Below are positions 24,901-33,758 of a DNA stretch of 44,734 nt, in pieces. The translations under genes were made by a program, and so were the position numbers. The first letter of the stretch is position 1. Each line of letters opens with the position of its first letter. This stretch comes from a virus (taxonomy: Duplodnaviria > Caudoviricetes): positions 1 through 44,734 of IMG/VR virus record IMGVR_UViG_3300044709_000083; one strand, written 5' to 3'. The notes under the pieces are model-generated. The model was not told the origin of the DNA and searched no databases. It saw only the letters and a list, made by a program, of their open reading frames with translations.

Positions 24901-27900
24901 CCCAGACGCAAAGCCGAATTGATCCGCGAGCACATCAGGGCTGAGGCCCTTGAGCGGAACGGGCGTTTGCCCCGGCGTCAGGGAGGTGCCATCGGGATTC
25001 ATGCCCCTCAGGATGGCCGCGCGCGCCCGATACACCGGCTGTTGGTGTATCTCGCCCGTCACTTCGGCCCGCATGGTCTTCCGTTCGGCCTTCCACCATG
25101 CTTGCTGTTCGCGCTGCAAGTCGCGGAGCGCCTGATCCTGTAAGTCCGCCTTGGCTTTATCGGACGCCGTTTGCACCACGTCGCGGTAGGCGGCAAAAGC
25201 TGGCTCCGTCATGCCGGCCGTGGTCGCATCGAGGAACAACGGCGAGACCTTCGCCTCTCGCTGCGCCTCTTCAATGGCCGCATCACTCGCCAGTAAGCGG
25301 TCAAACACCCGGCGCACGTCATCCGTCAGGTGGATGTCGAAGCCTGCCGCGCGACTCAGCCCCACGAGGTTCCGGTAGATGCCGATCATCCACGAGCGCA
25401 CTTTCGCAAAGACGCCACGCAATTCAGCGCTCGGTGCTTTGCCTTCGAGCATGAACGCCTCGAAGCTCCGTGCGAACTTCTCATGCTCCGGCGTGCCGAC
25501 TTGCGCACGAGACTCCACGCCCAGATACGGCAGGATGATGTCGCGGTAATCGGCCATGAACCGCTGCTGCGATGGCGTCAGCGTCGAAGGATCCAGCGTG
25601 CCGAGTTGGTCGGTAATGTCCCCCATCATTTCGAGGAACAGGTGTCCTCCGAACTCGTGGTAAATGGTTGAGAGATTTCGGCCCTCGAAAAGCTGGATCA
25701 GCGGCGTCTGACCGGGGCGCATCGAGAACGCCCCGAGATGTTCCTCTTTGTTCGCGTCCTGCGCTTGGAAGAACTCTTGGCGCTCCTTGGCGGTAACGGG
25801 CGTGCCATCCTTGTGGGTGATGTCGACAATCGAATCATCGAAGACCACGACGTTGCGCGTTTCCTTTGGCCGGAGGTCGTAGACCTCAGACACGGCCGCC
25901 TCACGCTGGCCGGGTGTCGCGTTGGGATAGGCGTCCTTCAGCCCATCGAATGCTTCATCGGCCGTTGCCCCTGATTGCTTGAACGATTCCGCCGCGTGGA
26001 GATAGGCGGGATCTCCTTGATATGACGGTCGCACAATGCGGCGTGAGCCTTGGTCGAGATAGCGCAAACCGGGAATGCCAGCCCGCAAGAGCGCCTTGCT
26101 CGCCGCTGCCGTGATCGCGGCTTCGTTCCCCGTGCCGCCGAACGACACCGCCACCGCTGCGTAGATCGATTCGCCGGTCGCACCCGCGTGGGCCGTAAAG
26201 GGACGGGCGGTGTCGGCTCCGCCTTTCTCTTTCCACAGACGCCGCAATCCTTCCTGCACGCTCTGCGGCTGTTCGCTAAACGTCGCGTTCCAGTCGAGCA
26301 TTTTGGCGATCTGCTCGTCTGGAATGTCGACCTGATAGAGACGGCCAGCGGGCTTTTCAACCGTATATCGCGAGGCAAACTCGGCTGCTAGTTGATAGCG
26401 TCGAAAGTTCTGCGCTTCTTCTGGCCGTTCCTTGACGAGGTCGCTGTATGTCTTGATGAGGTCTTCCGCGCTACGTCCCGCATAAATGTATTGAATCGTT
26501 GTGGTGGCAACAGAATCAGCAACGGGCTTGCTGATGTCGTCGAGCGTCGTATACAGATGGTCAGCGATTTTTCGTCGCGCGGCATCATCGCTAATGCCGA
26601 CGCCATCCTCCACGAAACGAGCTTTTTGCTCGCTCACTGAGCGCTGATACCCCTCCGCGACGTTCGGATTCTCTGCGAAATACAGCCCGTGTCCATAGGC
26701 TTGCGCGCCTTCCCCTGTGCCGATCTTTTCGGTGGAGAACCGCTCGAAATCGTGCGGCGAGCCGTGGAACAGCGATTGAAACAGGGCCGCCGACGCTGGC
26801 GCGGCAGCCACCGCAGACGGGGGGGCACCCGCGACGGATTCAGCCTGCACACCAGCGGTCGGCGGCGTCTCTGTGCCGGAGACTACCTCCGGCAACCATT
26901 GACGGGTCAGCGCCTCCACATCCAGCCCGACCCGATCGGCCACATTCGGAAAGGCTGGCCCGAGGATGGCCGCCGTCGTTTCCGCCGTCCCCCGTTCCAT
27001 CCCGGCCGCCACGAGTTGCCCCGTGATGGCCTCGCGCACCGCAGACGGTGCTTGTATCGTTTCTGACACAGGCGGTTCGATCGGCAGATTCTTGCCAAAG
27101 GCTTCGGCTTCCCGCGCGTTCATCTGCCGGGGCGCTAGCCTGAGTTCTTTGGCGAAAAAGGCGTTGTGCTCCGTGGCGGCAAGATTCGCGACGTAGGCCG
27201 TGGTCGGAATCGGCAGATCTTCGCCGGTGCGCGCCGCTTCGAAGTAGGCCGTGGGACTGCCCGTCACTTCCTGGGCAATCTGCGCCGGGTCGATCCCCTT
27301 CGATTGCCAATAGGTGTTCCACGTCTCGATCGGGGCGTAGAGTGTTTCGGCCGGCGTATCCTTGGTGGCTTGGTCGACCAATTCGGCCAGCTTCTCCGGG
27401 CTGCGCTGGAGCGTCTTGGACTCCGTCGCCGCCTGCCCGAGCTTGTCGATCAGATGGCCCGCCGCATGACCCGCCACCGACGTGGCCCCGACTGCCGTGA
27501 TCGTGCTGATGAGTGTCGCGGCCGCCTGCGACGGGCGCTCACGCAGGTAGTCGGCAAACGTCCGGTCCTTGTTCGCCGGCAGGAAGGCCCATTCGTTCAA
27601 GTCTTGCAGGACCGTCGCAACCTGCTCCCCGGCAATCTCAGGCACAAGCTGATGCGCCAGAATCGTGAGCATTCCGCTCTTGGCGGTCAGATCCTTGAGC
27701 AGCCGATGGGCTGGAATGAACTCCGTCGCGACTTCGATCGTGCCCTGAATCGACCCAGCCGCCAGACTGCGCCCCACGCTCGCGCCTTGCCCGCGCGCTT
27801 GCGCGTAGGTCTGCCCGCCCGTGGTGAGGCCGACCAACGACAAGAGCGACGTGCCCCCACTGATGGCCCCGAGAATGAGCGACGGTGCCATGTTGCCGAT

Positions 27901-28494
27901 GGATTCGACCCCGCCGTAAATGCTGCGTTCCACGAGCCCAGCGCCCGTCTGTGGCCCTTTCACCCGTTCGGCCAACTGTCCCGCCACCAGCGCGCTCTGA
28001 GCGCCCCTGGCGGCCCAAGAGGGCAGTCCCAAGGCATCGTAGGCAGCCTGCTCGAAGCCGTAAAATCCTTGGGCGAAGTCCAAGAGTCCTGCCCCGGCCG
28101 CGCCAGCGAGGTTCCGCGGCACCTTCCAGAGCCGTTCCATTGTGGTCAGCGCCGGCAGATCGTCCTTGACGAGGGCGGCATGGTCAGGCTGTGAGGCAAA
28201 CGCCGCGAGCGCAGGCGCCTCGGTCAGCAGCCGGTCATAATTCGGCGCTTCGAGCGTGGCCCGCTTCTCAAACAGGGACAGGTTGCGTTTGACGACATCA
28301 GCCGGCACATTGAACTGCTCAGCCAACCGGAGCGTGCGCGCGGCCGTCTCGGGCGTCGTATCCGCCGACTGCCGCACGGCCGACTTCAGGCCAATCACCT
28401 GATCTTGATGGGTCTCCCGTAGCACCTCGTCGTAAGGATTCGCACTTGGCGCTTGGGCGCCCGCCAAGAGGTCATCGTAGGGATTGATCGGCAT
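21949..28494 (-). CDS. Large polyvalent internal virion (DNA ejection) protein with ADP-ribosyltransferase-like and zincin-like domains
   Basis: About 2181 aa from ATG 28494 (MPINPYDDLL); FHGSPHDFERF...GTGEGAQAYGHGLYFAE...NVVVFDD; YHEFGGHLF...HEKFARSFEAF. Confidence 0.85.
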   Translation of the reverse strand: MPINPYDDLLAGAQAPSANPYDEVLRETHQDQVIGLKSAVRQSADTTPETAARTLRLAEQFNVPADVVKRNLSLFEKRATLEAPNYDRLLTEAPALAAFASQPDHAALVKDDLPALTTMERLWKVPRNLAGAAGAGLLDFAQGFYGFEQAAYDALGLPSWAARGAQSALVAGQLAERVKGPQTGAGLVERSIYGGVESIGNMAPSLILGAISGGTSLLSLVGLTTGGQTYAQARGQGASVGRSLAAGSIQGTIEVATEFIPAHRLLKDLTAKSGMLTILAHQLVPEIAGEQVATVLQDLNEWAFLPANKDRTFADYLRERPSQAAATLISTITAVGATSVAGHAAGHLIDKLGQAATESKTLQRSPEKLAELVDQATKDTPAETLYAPIETWNTYWQSKGIDPAQIAQEVTGSPTAYFEAARTGEDLPIPTTAYVANLAATEHNAFFAKELRLAPRQMNAREAEAFGKNLPIEPPVSETIQAPSAVREAITGQLVAAGMERGTAETTAAILGPAFPNVADRVGLDVEALTRQWLPEVVSGTETPPTAGVQAESVAGAPPSAVAAAPASAALFQSLFHGSPHDFERFSTEKIGTGEGAQAYGHGLYFAENPNVAEGYQRSVSEQKARFVEDGVGISDDAARRKIADHLYTTLDDISKPVADSVATTTIQYIYAGRSAEDLIKTYSDLVKERPEEAQNFRRYQLAAEFASRYTVEKPAGRLYQVDIPDEQIAKMLDWNATFSEQPQSVQEGLRRLWKEKGGADTARPFTAHAGATGESIYAAVAVSFGGTGNEAAITAAASKALLRAGIPGLRYLDQGSRRIVRPSYQGDPAYLHAAESFKQSGATADEAFDGLKDAYPNATPGQREAAVSEVYDLRPKETRNVVVFDDSIVDITHKDGTPVTAKERQEFFQAQDANKEEHLGAFSMRPGQTPLIQLFEGRNLSTIYHEFGGHLFLEMMGDITDQLGTLDPSTLTPSQQRFMADYRDIILPYLGVESRAQVGTPEHEKFARSFEAFMLEGKAPSAELRGVFAKVRSWMIGIYRNLVGLSRAAGFDIHLTDDVRRVFDRLLASDAAIEEAQREAKVSPLFLDATTAGMTEPAFAAYRDVVQTASDKAKADLQDQALRDLQREQQAWWKAERKTMRAEVTGEIHQQPVYRARAAILRGMNPDGTSLTPGQTPVPLKGLSPDVLADQFGFASGDELQKALKAAPPMGTAIKTETDRRMVAKHGDLVLDGRLAERAQAAVMDHRQAVVQTELRALATTMAGTIPSAQVLKVEAQKRIAGTKVRDLRAGSFLAAATRASQRAFDLLNTNQDRQGAILAKQQELLNLALYREATAVRDEIDAAQSQWKRLFRPDANLAKTRSMEYVSAARALVAPLVYPDRVADVENALTTLRTYDPQVSELLDHYLDVGRVQGPLAQVTVDDFRGVRDLVAALWDTSKREGQIEIDGQLVSRETARAAMVAQLKTRGEAPYADIGVAGRPSKFDHLKNLALGGEAWLSRVEFWVTAMDEGQLGPFRTYLFNAVKDRVNVFRRAKVQRLTEYRALLDPIQSTLTTAKIAAPELWALNKQGERVSYTFGADGTGGMSELLGALLHTGNRTGPTSNMAKWLVGRGWGTIDDHDVLDTSRWDATEARLQREGVLTKAHYDFAQGIWDLFESLKPELQKAHHAIYGFYFKEVKADPIETPWGTYRGGYVPALADPLMSKAAEIRNEKQMSFESGTSFTLPTVGRRSTIARVRVFEPLAMNLAFIPQHLDWALRFTHIQPAVRDVSRLVTDKGLRSVLDGYDPHAGADLLMPWLMRSATQRINEAGKWKGLDRFMTAVRTRTGLQALAYSVNNGLQQFTGAIVAGVKIENKRFMLNAAWRYLRAPQEMGTMIREESAFMDTFLTSQAIEIEQQVNDILLNPSVYGKAAAFTRAHSQILASGSQNIVNHIVYLAAKDDAVAKGVHGFDAVRYADSIVRQTQGSFFPEDVSRFEANTPFVRSMAMFSTYFNMLLNLTTTETGIAMRSDRGLAARVARIGSVWTLGLLLSSAVSNGILNALSGNWDDDDDDTHLDEIFNLFLGSSVKTAFSMFPIAGQFATAAFGAVYTDQSYDDDIRISPTAGMIGSGIKDLAGHSSRKQEVKDFLSILGLITNLPLGALGKPIGYLMDVQDEKTAPENALDVARGLVTGRGAPRP

Positions 28495-30308
28495 CAGCGC
28501 GCCATGCGTTCGCGCGCGAGGTTGTAGAGGGCGACGACCGCGGCGGCCGTGACCGGCTTCCCGGCCTTGATCAACGCGGCCTGGATCTGCTGCTGCTCTT
28601 GCGCCGGAATGTCGGAGAGCGCTGTCACCGCCCCGTGCGACGGCAATCCGAGACGGCTCCGCATGCCGACCGGACTCTCGAAGGCAAACGTCGGCCCAGT
28701 CGTATCCCACCAGAACGTGTGCGGCTTCGTCACTTTCGAGCCGGTCGGCGTCACCAGCGTATCGGCAATCGCTTGCACTTCCTCATCCGTGGCATGTTTG
28801 CCGGTCTGCGTTTCCTTCGTCGCCACGGCTTCCCTGAGTGCGCGACGGAAGGCAATCACCCGGTCGGTGTTCTCTTTGCTGTAGCCCCTCGTCCCTGGTT
28901 GTGCCGGGGTCGGGTCGAAGCCGATCGACAGCAGCGCTTGATCCGCAATCTGGCTCTGCGTCCGCTCGGACACAAGCAACTTGTTCGCGTTCGTCATGTC
29001 GCCCTTGCGAATCGACGCCTGCAATTCCGCGAGTTGCTTGAACTCCGCATTCCCGAGCTTGGAGCGATACTTTGGATCCGCTAGGTAAATCTGGGCGAAC
29101 TTCTCGCGCGTGCCCTCGTTGCTCCCGAGCGTCAGGAGGTCGTAAAACGTGTTCCAGTCCGTCTTGACGCCAGCCGGATCGATCAGGCGCTTCGCGTAGC
29201 GCTCGAAGTTCTCTTTCTGATCGACCGTCAGACTGGCCCAGAGCGCCGGCGGAATGGCCCGCGTCCCGAGCCGAGGATTCTGATCGATGAGGTTACCGGC
29301 CGTCACCAGCGATTGCTCATGGGCGGCATGGTTCGCCTGATTCCGCAGTCCCCACTCGTGAATCACCCGCGCCTCGACCGCATCACGCACTTTCGGTTCT
29401 TCGATGGCGCGCGCCGCCTTCAGCGCTTCGTCTTCGGTCGGCATCGTCGCCATGATGCGATCAGACTGGCGCTGTGATTCTCCGAGCACCGATCCGGCCT
29501 CAAGTAACCGCATCGCCTCCGCGCGCTTCGGTCCGGCGATCTGATCCTTCACCTCATCGAAATACGCCTGCGCCTTGCGGTCTTGTCCCGCTGAGACAAA
29601 CGCGCCGATGACTCCGACGTGCGTGTTCGTCCGCGCCTCATCAAGTTGCGCCTTCCGTGCTTCCGGCCCGAGGCCGTTATGGGTCGCGAAGTCGCCAATC
29701 AGCGCCGCTTGCCGGTCGAGCGCATTCTTGATCTTCAACGGCGCATTCAACGGATCCGCCGCGCCCGCAATCGCGTCATTCCGTGCGTTCTCGATGCCCT
29801 TGTTCGTCTCTTCGAGATCCCACTGCTGGCGTTCCGTGGACTCATGCCGCCGAAGCGTTTCGTTGAGCCGCTGGCGGGTCGAGAACCGTTCACGGAGAAA
29901 CGCCGCTTTCTGATCGGGATTCGAGAGCTTGCTGCCGATAGTGTCCGCGATGTTGTCGAACTCCGTCCCGACTTGCACGCCCAACCCCATCGCATCCTTG
30001 CCCTTGACGGATAAGGCGCCTTCCTGGGGGGCATAGAGGCGGCCGTTGACGAAGGTGTCAAGTTGATTCGAGGCCGTGAGCACGGCGAGTTGATCGGCGC
30101 GGCGCTTCGCGTCCTCAGCCATCCGGTTCGATTCTGCGAGCAGTCCGAATCCGGCTTGTGTCGTTTGTTGGCCGAAAGACTCCAGCCCTTGCGCGGCGGC
30201 TCCCCCGAGCGCAGCCGCACTCGGCACCGCCTGCGTCGTGTCGACACTGGTATTCGGCAGGGGCCGAGACTGCACCCGACGCGGGCCGTAGGCTTCAACG
30301 CGAGGCAT
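28494..30308 (-). CDS. Internal virion (ejection) protein
   Basis: 604 aa helical protein in the canonical position; MPRVEAYGPRRV start; GALSVKGKDA motif. Confidence 0.78.
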   Translation of the reverse strand: MPRVEAYGPRRVQSRPLPNTSVDTTQAVPSAAALGGAAAQGLESFGQQTTQAGFGLLAESNRMAEDAKRRADQLAVLTASNQLDTFVNGRLYAPQEGALSVKGKDAMGLGVQVGTEFDNIADTIGSKLSNPDQKAAFLRERFSTRQRLNETLRRHESTERQQWDLEETNKGIENARNDAIAGAADPLNAPLKIKNALDRQAALIGDFATHNGLGPEARKAQLDEARTNTHVGVIGAFVSAGQDRKAQAYFDEVKDQIAGPKRAEAMRLLEAGSVLGESQRQSDRIMATMPTEDEALKAARAIEEPKVRDAVEARVIHEWGLRNQANHAAHEQSLVTAGNLIDQNPRLGTRAIPPALWASLTVDQKENFERYAKRLIDPAGVKTDWNTFYDLLTLGSNEGTREKFAQIYLADPKYRSKLGNAEFKQLAELQASIRKGDMTNANKLLVSERTQSQIADQALLSIGFDPTPAQPGTRGYSKENTDRVIAFRRALREAVATKETQTGKHATDEEVQAIADTLVTPTGSKVTKPHTFWWDTTGPTFAFESPVGMRSRLGLPSHGAVTALSDIPAQEQQQIQAALIKAGKPVTAAAVVALYNLARERMAR

Positions 30309-30317
30309 GGGTCATCA

Positions 30318-30890
30318 TCACTTGGGTTTGTTCCATCCGTAACGAGTCGCCAACAGGCCGGTTGTCTGTGCGGCCGATCCGAGAATGGTGCCAGCCGCCG
30401 CCCATCGGCTGCCCGATTGTGCGCTCTCGCCGGCTGCCGCCGCATACTGCCCTGTCTTCACATCAATTTCCCCGCGTCGCACCGCTCGTTCCGCTTCCGC
30501 CCGGTAGCCCAAGGCTTCCCGTGTCGCATTGGTCCGAATCGTGAGCGCGTCCAGTTCACCCAGATACGCGGCATCGGCGTTGACATCCACTGGCGAGCCC
30601 ACCCCGACATCGACGTTCTGCCCCGCGAAGCCGGCCCGCTGTGAGCCGATGAGCGTCCGCACGCCCGCGCGGAAGTGCGTTTCCTCGTCATGCCCCCGCA
30701 CGATGGCATCGCGCGCCATCGCCTGTGCGACATCGGCGTTATACAGCTCGAGGTCGTTGGCGGCTTCCCCGGCTGAGAGTTGCGCGCGCCCCGCCTCTGC
30801 TGCGGCGTTCCCCGCCTTGATCTGACCGACGACCGAGACCGCGGTCCCAGCCGCCGTGAGACCGATAATGATCGGGATTACTGCAGGCAT
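30318..30890 (-). CDS. Small internal virion (ejection) protein
   Basis: Hydrophobic N-terminus, GSQRAGFAGQNVDVGVGSP...DALTIRTNA motif. Confidence 0.8.
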   Translation of the reverse strand: MPAVIPIIIGLTAAGTAVSVVGQIKAGNAAAEAGRAQLSAGEAANDLELYNADVAQAMARDAIVRGHDEETHFRAGVRTLIGSQRAGFAGQNVDVGVGSPVDVNADAAYLGELDALTIRTNATREALGYRAEAERAVRRGEIDVKTGQYAAAAGESAQSGSRWAAAGTILGSAAQTTGLLATRYGWNKPK

Positions 30891-31291
30891 GGCGGCTTGG
30901 CTCCCAAGGATGGACCGATCGGCCCGAGCGGAATCACGAACGACCGCCCCGGTAATTCATTGCCGCCGAGATGTCGAATGAGCGCATCGGTATCCTCCGT
31001 CAGCGACCCGGTCAGCACGGCGCCGGCCCCGAGCGCCCGCAGCGTCGAGAACATCAAGGCAATGGCGTATTGCACGACCCGCCCGCGTTTCCGGTGCGCC
31101 GGATGCACCCACGCGCCTTCGACGTGCCAATACCGAATGGCGGACCAGCACCCGATAATCTGCCCGTCCTGCTCGACGACCACGATGCGCGCGTGATCGT
31201 CATTCAGGTGCGGCCAGACCTGTTCCAGTTCGGTCCCGGTCAATCGCGGCCATTCGTCAACAGGCAGAAGGCGCGCGTGCATGCGACTCAC
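30878..31291 (-). CDS. GNAT-fold acetyltransferase-like virion-module protein
   Basis: VVEQDGQIIG, WVHPAHRKRG (acetyl-CoA motif A). Confidence 0.8.
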   Translation of the reverse strand: MSRMHARLLPVDEWPRLTGTELEQVWPHLNDDHARIVVVEQDGQIIGCWSAIRYWHVEGAWVHPAHRKRGRVVQYAIALMFSTLRALGAGAVLTGSLTEDTDALIRHLGGNELPGRSFVIPLGPIGPSLGAKPPCLQ

Positions 31292-33570
31292 CCGCCGAGC
31301 TCCACGCTCGGAATGATGCCGAGCACAGTGCAGGGGAGCGGATCTGTCACGCGAATCCGCACCTTGCCCGTGGCTTCAAACTTCGCGGTCAGATTCGTTT
31401 CGAGTTGATCCGTGACATCGCGCGTGGCCCGTGGATCCCACGGTTCCGGCCGCCACCGGAAGAGATGTGTCGCGTCAGGGCCGACCATCAGATTGGGCGA
31501 GGTCGTCTCTACCAGAATCGTGGACGCCTGCGTGCGCTTGCGCTTGTCGCGAATACTCGTCCCCTGCACATCGAGGTCGAGCGTTTCAATCTCCGCAAAT
31601 CGAATCGGCAAGCCCGCGTGGATCACGCCGTAAGAGGTCGAGAGCGTCACCGACCCGCCCGTCACGCGGTAGGTCTCCGCATTCGCCGCCGTCGGATCGC
31701 CGTCAAATTCGACCTGTGAATCCCCGAGCACGGCGACAATTTCCCCTTCGAGATGATCGAGGTTCGTAATCGTGGTCACGGGTGCCCCATCGTAACTCAG
31801 GCCCGCGTCGACAAAGAACGCATCTTCGTCGGTCACTTCCCGCGACGCAAAGCGTTCCACGAACCGCACGGTGGCCCCGTCGATCGTGCGCTTGACGATG
31901 AAATACACCACGTCTTCGCCGGCCAGCCCAATGTCATGGTCAGGCACCACGAGCACCTGTTCAAACTCCCCAGCCGCCCCGGTATCGTGGCGATGCCAGC
32001 CGAGAATTTCCTGTTCGCGGAGATAGGTGCAGCCCAGAAGCACGCCGTCTTCGCGCACGATCCAGGCGATCGAATGCGGCTGCTGCTGATACGCAAGCCC
32101 CGTCAGCGCATGCCCGAAAAAGAGATGCGGTGAAAAGATGGTCAGGTCGGACCCGCCGTAGTCGGCTTCCCCGGCCGGCGTGTTCTCCTGCCGGAAGTCA
32201 CGGATCACCGTGCCGCGGGCTTGGATGTAGAGGATGGTGTTGCCAATGACAATCGGCCGCACCGAGGACCGCGGCGCCTGATGATGTTGATCCACGCCGC
32301 CGTAGGCCAAGGCGCCCGCGTAGCCTTCCTGACTCGCGTTGATGGCGAGTGGGGTAATCCCGCCCGCTGGATCGCCCTTGATGACCCATTCCGCCGAGTC
32401 ATTGAAGATGATCAGGTTCTTCAGGCGGATGAGATGCCCGACCGGACTCAGATAGTCGCTGTCGAGCACGAAACTGATGGCGTCGTCGTCTTGGAGCGGT
32501 GTGGAGATGGAGAAGTTCGTATACGCCCCGACTTGCGACATCCAGACCTTTTCGCGGTCGTTGTTCGTGTTCGCCAGGACGAGCCGTTGTTGGAAGTAAC
32601 CCACCACGCTCGGGTAATTGTCCGTCGAATCAAAGAGCACTTGCGGCGTCGGTGGTGTGACGGTGAAATCAGGGAGCACGCCGACATCGTTGAACGCATT
32701 GGTTGTGGCCGTGCCGATGAACCCGAAGACGCCGTTCCCGTAGGGATCGCTGTAGATGTAGTATTCGGCTGCGCCAGTGACGGTCGTCCACGTCAGCACG
32801 TTCGGCGCAAGCACGGTCGGCGTCGCCACGCCCGTGCTGTCGACTTGGTTCGAGGCGTAGCTTTCCTCGTAGCTGTCGATCTTCGCGGCCGTGACCACGT
32901 AGTGATATTCCGCCGTCCCCGCCCCGCCGGCACTCGCGCCCAAGCCGGTCGGCGCATCGATGCTTGGCGTGGTCACGAACGGAATCAGCCGCCACGTCGT
33001 ATGGCCCAAGCGTTGTAAGACCAGCGGCGCATAACTTGGATGCACGAGCATGACCGTATCGGCCTGCTGCGCGAAGTTGATCCGCCCGACATCAGCCGCG
33101 ATGTATGGCGTGGGAATCTCGTAAATGTCGTCGGTCAGTGGATACCAGAACAGCGGCGAACTCGCGGGCGTGTGCCCGGTCCCGTCCTGAATGCTGTAGT
33201 AATTGATGCCCGCCGACACGACCACATCCCCGACCACGTAAGCCGTGCCGCCCGCATACGCCGGGACACTCGTGACGATGACCGGCGCGTGATGCCAGTA
33301 GAACCGGATATACCCGTCCCCAAACTCCAGCACGTAGGTCTGATCGCCCGCCTCGAAGATGAACGGAATCAAGCGCGTCGGATCGTCGGAGTTCTTCACC
33401 GTCGCGATGTAGCGCGTGCCGGGGCGGTTCGTCACCGTGCCGTGGCGCTGCACCATGAAGTTCCGGCACACGGCCAGCCCCGACAGGTATTTGACCGTGT
33501 CGGCTCGAGCGCCGAGCGCTGGCCCTACTTCGCCAGAAGAAAATGACCGTTGTATGACGCTCTGAGTCAC
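31288..33570 (-). CDS. Tail tubular protein B / nozzle
   Basis: QRSFSSGEV...CRNFMVQRHG.VTNRPGT, YPSVVGYFQQRL, GWHRH motifs. Confidence 0.92.
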   Translation of the reverse strand: MTQSVIQRSFSSGEVGPALGARADTVKYLSGLAVCRNFMVQRHGTVTNRPGTRYIATVKNSDDPTRLIPFIFEAGDQTYVLEFGDGYIRFYWHHAPVIVTSVPAYAGGTAYVVGDVVVSAGINYYSIQDGTGHTPASSPLFWYPLTDDIYEIPTPYIAADVGRINFAQQADTVMLVHPSYAPLVLQRLGHTTWRLIPFVTTPSIDAPTGLGASAGGAGTAEYHYVVTAAKIDSYEESYASNQVDSTGVATPTVLAPNVLTWTTVTGAAEYYIYSDPYGNGVFGFIGTATTNAFNDVGVLPDFTVTPPTPQVLFDSTDNYPSVVGYFQQRLVLANTNNDREKVWMSQVGAYTNFSISTPLQDDDAISFVLDSDYLSPVGHLIRLKNLIIFNDSAEWVIKGDPAGGITPLAINASQEGYAGALAYGGVDQHHQAPRSSVRPIVIGNTILYIQARGTVIRDFRQENTPAGEADYGGSDLTIFSPHLFFGHALTGLAYQQQPHSIAWIVREDGVLLGCTYLREQEILGWHRHDTGAAGEFEQVLVVPDHDIGLAGEDVVYFIVKRTIDGATVRFVERFASREVTDEDAFFVDAGLSYDGAPVTTITNLDHLEGEIVAVLGDSQVEFDGDPTAANAETYRVTGGSVTLSTSYGVIHAGLPIRFAEIETLDLDVQGTSIRDKRKRTQASTILVETTSPNLMVGPDATHLFRWRPEPWDPRATRDVTDQLETNLTAKFEATGKVRIRVTDPLPCTVLGIIPSVELGG

Positions 33571-33581
33571 TGTGCTACACT
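33554..33581 (+). promoter_or_regulatory. Putative antisense promoter with extended -10
   Basis: ATGACG, 16 bp, TACACT (33576-33581) preceded by TGc; the structured element begins 5 nt downstream. Confidence 0.45.
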
Positions 33582-33585
33582 CACC

Positions 33586-33758
33586 GAACTCTCTGCGTCA
33601 CGCAGCAGCGGTAGCGGATCTGGCGTATCCGCCCGTCGACAGCGGTTTGCTCAGTGATGGCTGTCCCCGTAACTGGACCATCCGGTGAATGTGGTTCGAA
33701 TCCACCCCTGATCGTGGTGCCGGAGTCAACGCGATAAGACGCAGGGCGCAGAGAGTTC
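33586..33758 (+). ncRNA. Candidate 173 nt structured RNA with a tRNA-like T-arm
   Basis: 12 bp perfect terminal stem GAACTCTCTGCG/CGCAGAGAGTTC; internal hairpins; GTGG-TTCGAAT-CCAC at 33691-33705. Confidence 0.55.

Noticed and set aside
28495-28710. N-terminal extension of the 2253 aa ORF
   Set aside because: Overlaps the upstream gene; the TGATG-coupled ATG at 28494 is the more plausible start
33649-33714. Canonical tRNA-Tyr(GTA)
   Set aside because: No D-arm, an 8 nt loop without U33, a mismatched acceptor stem and no CCA; kept only as a tRNA-like element
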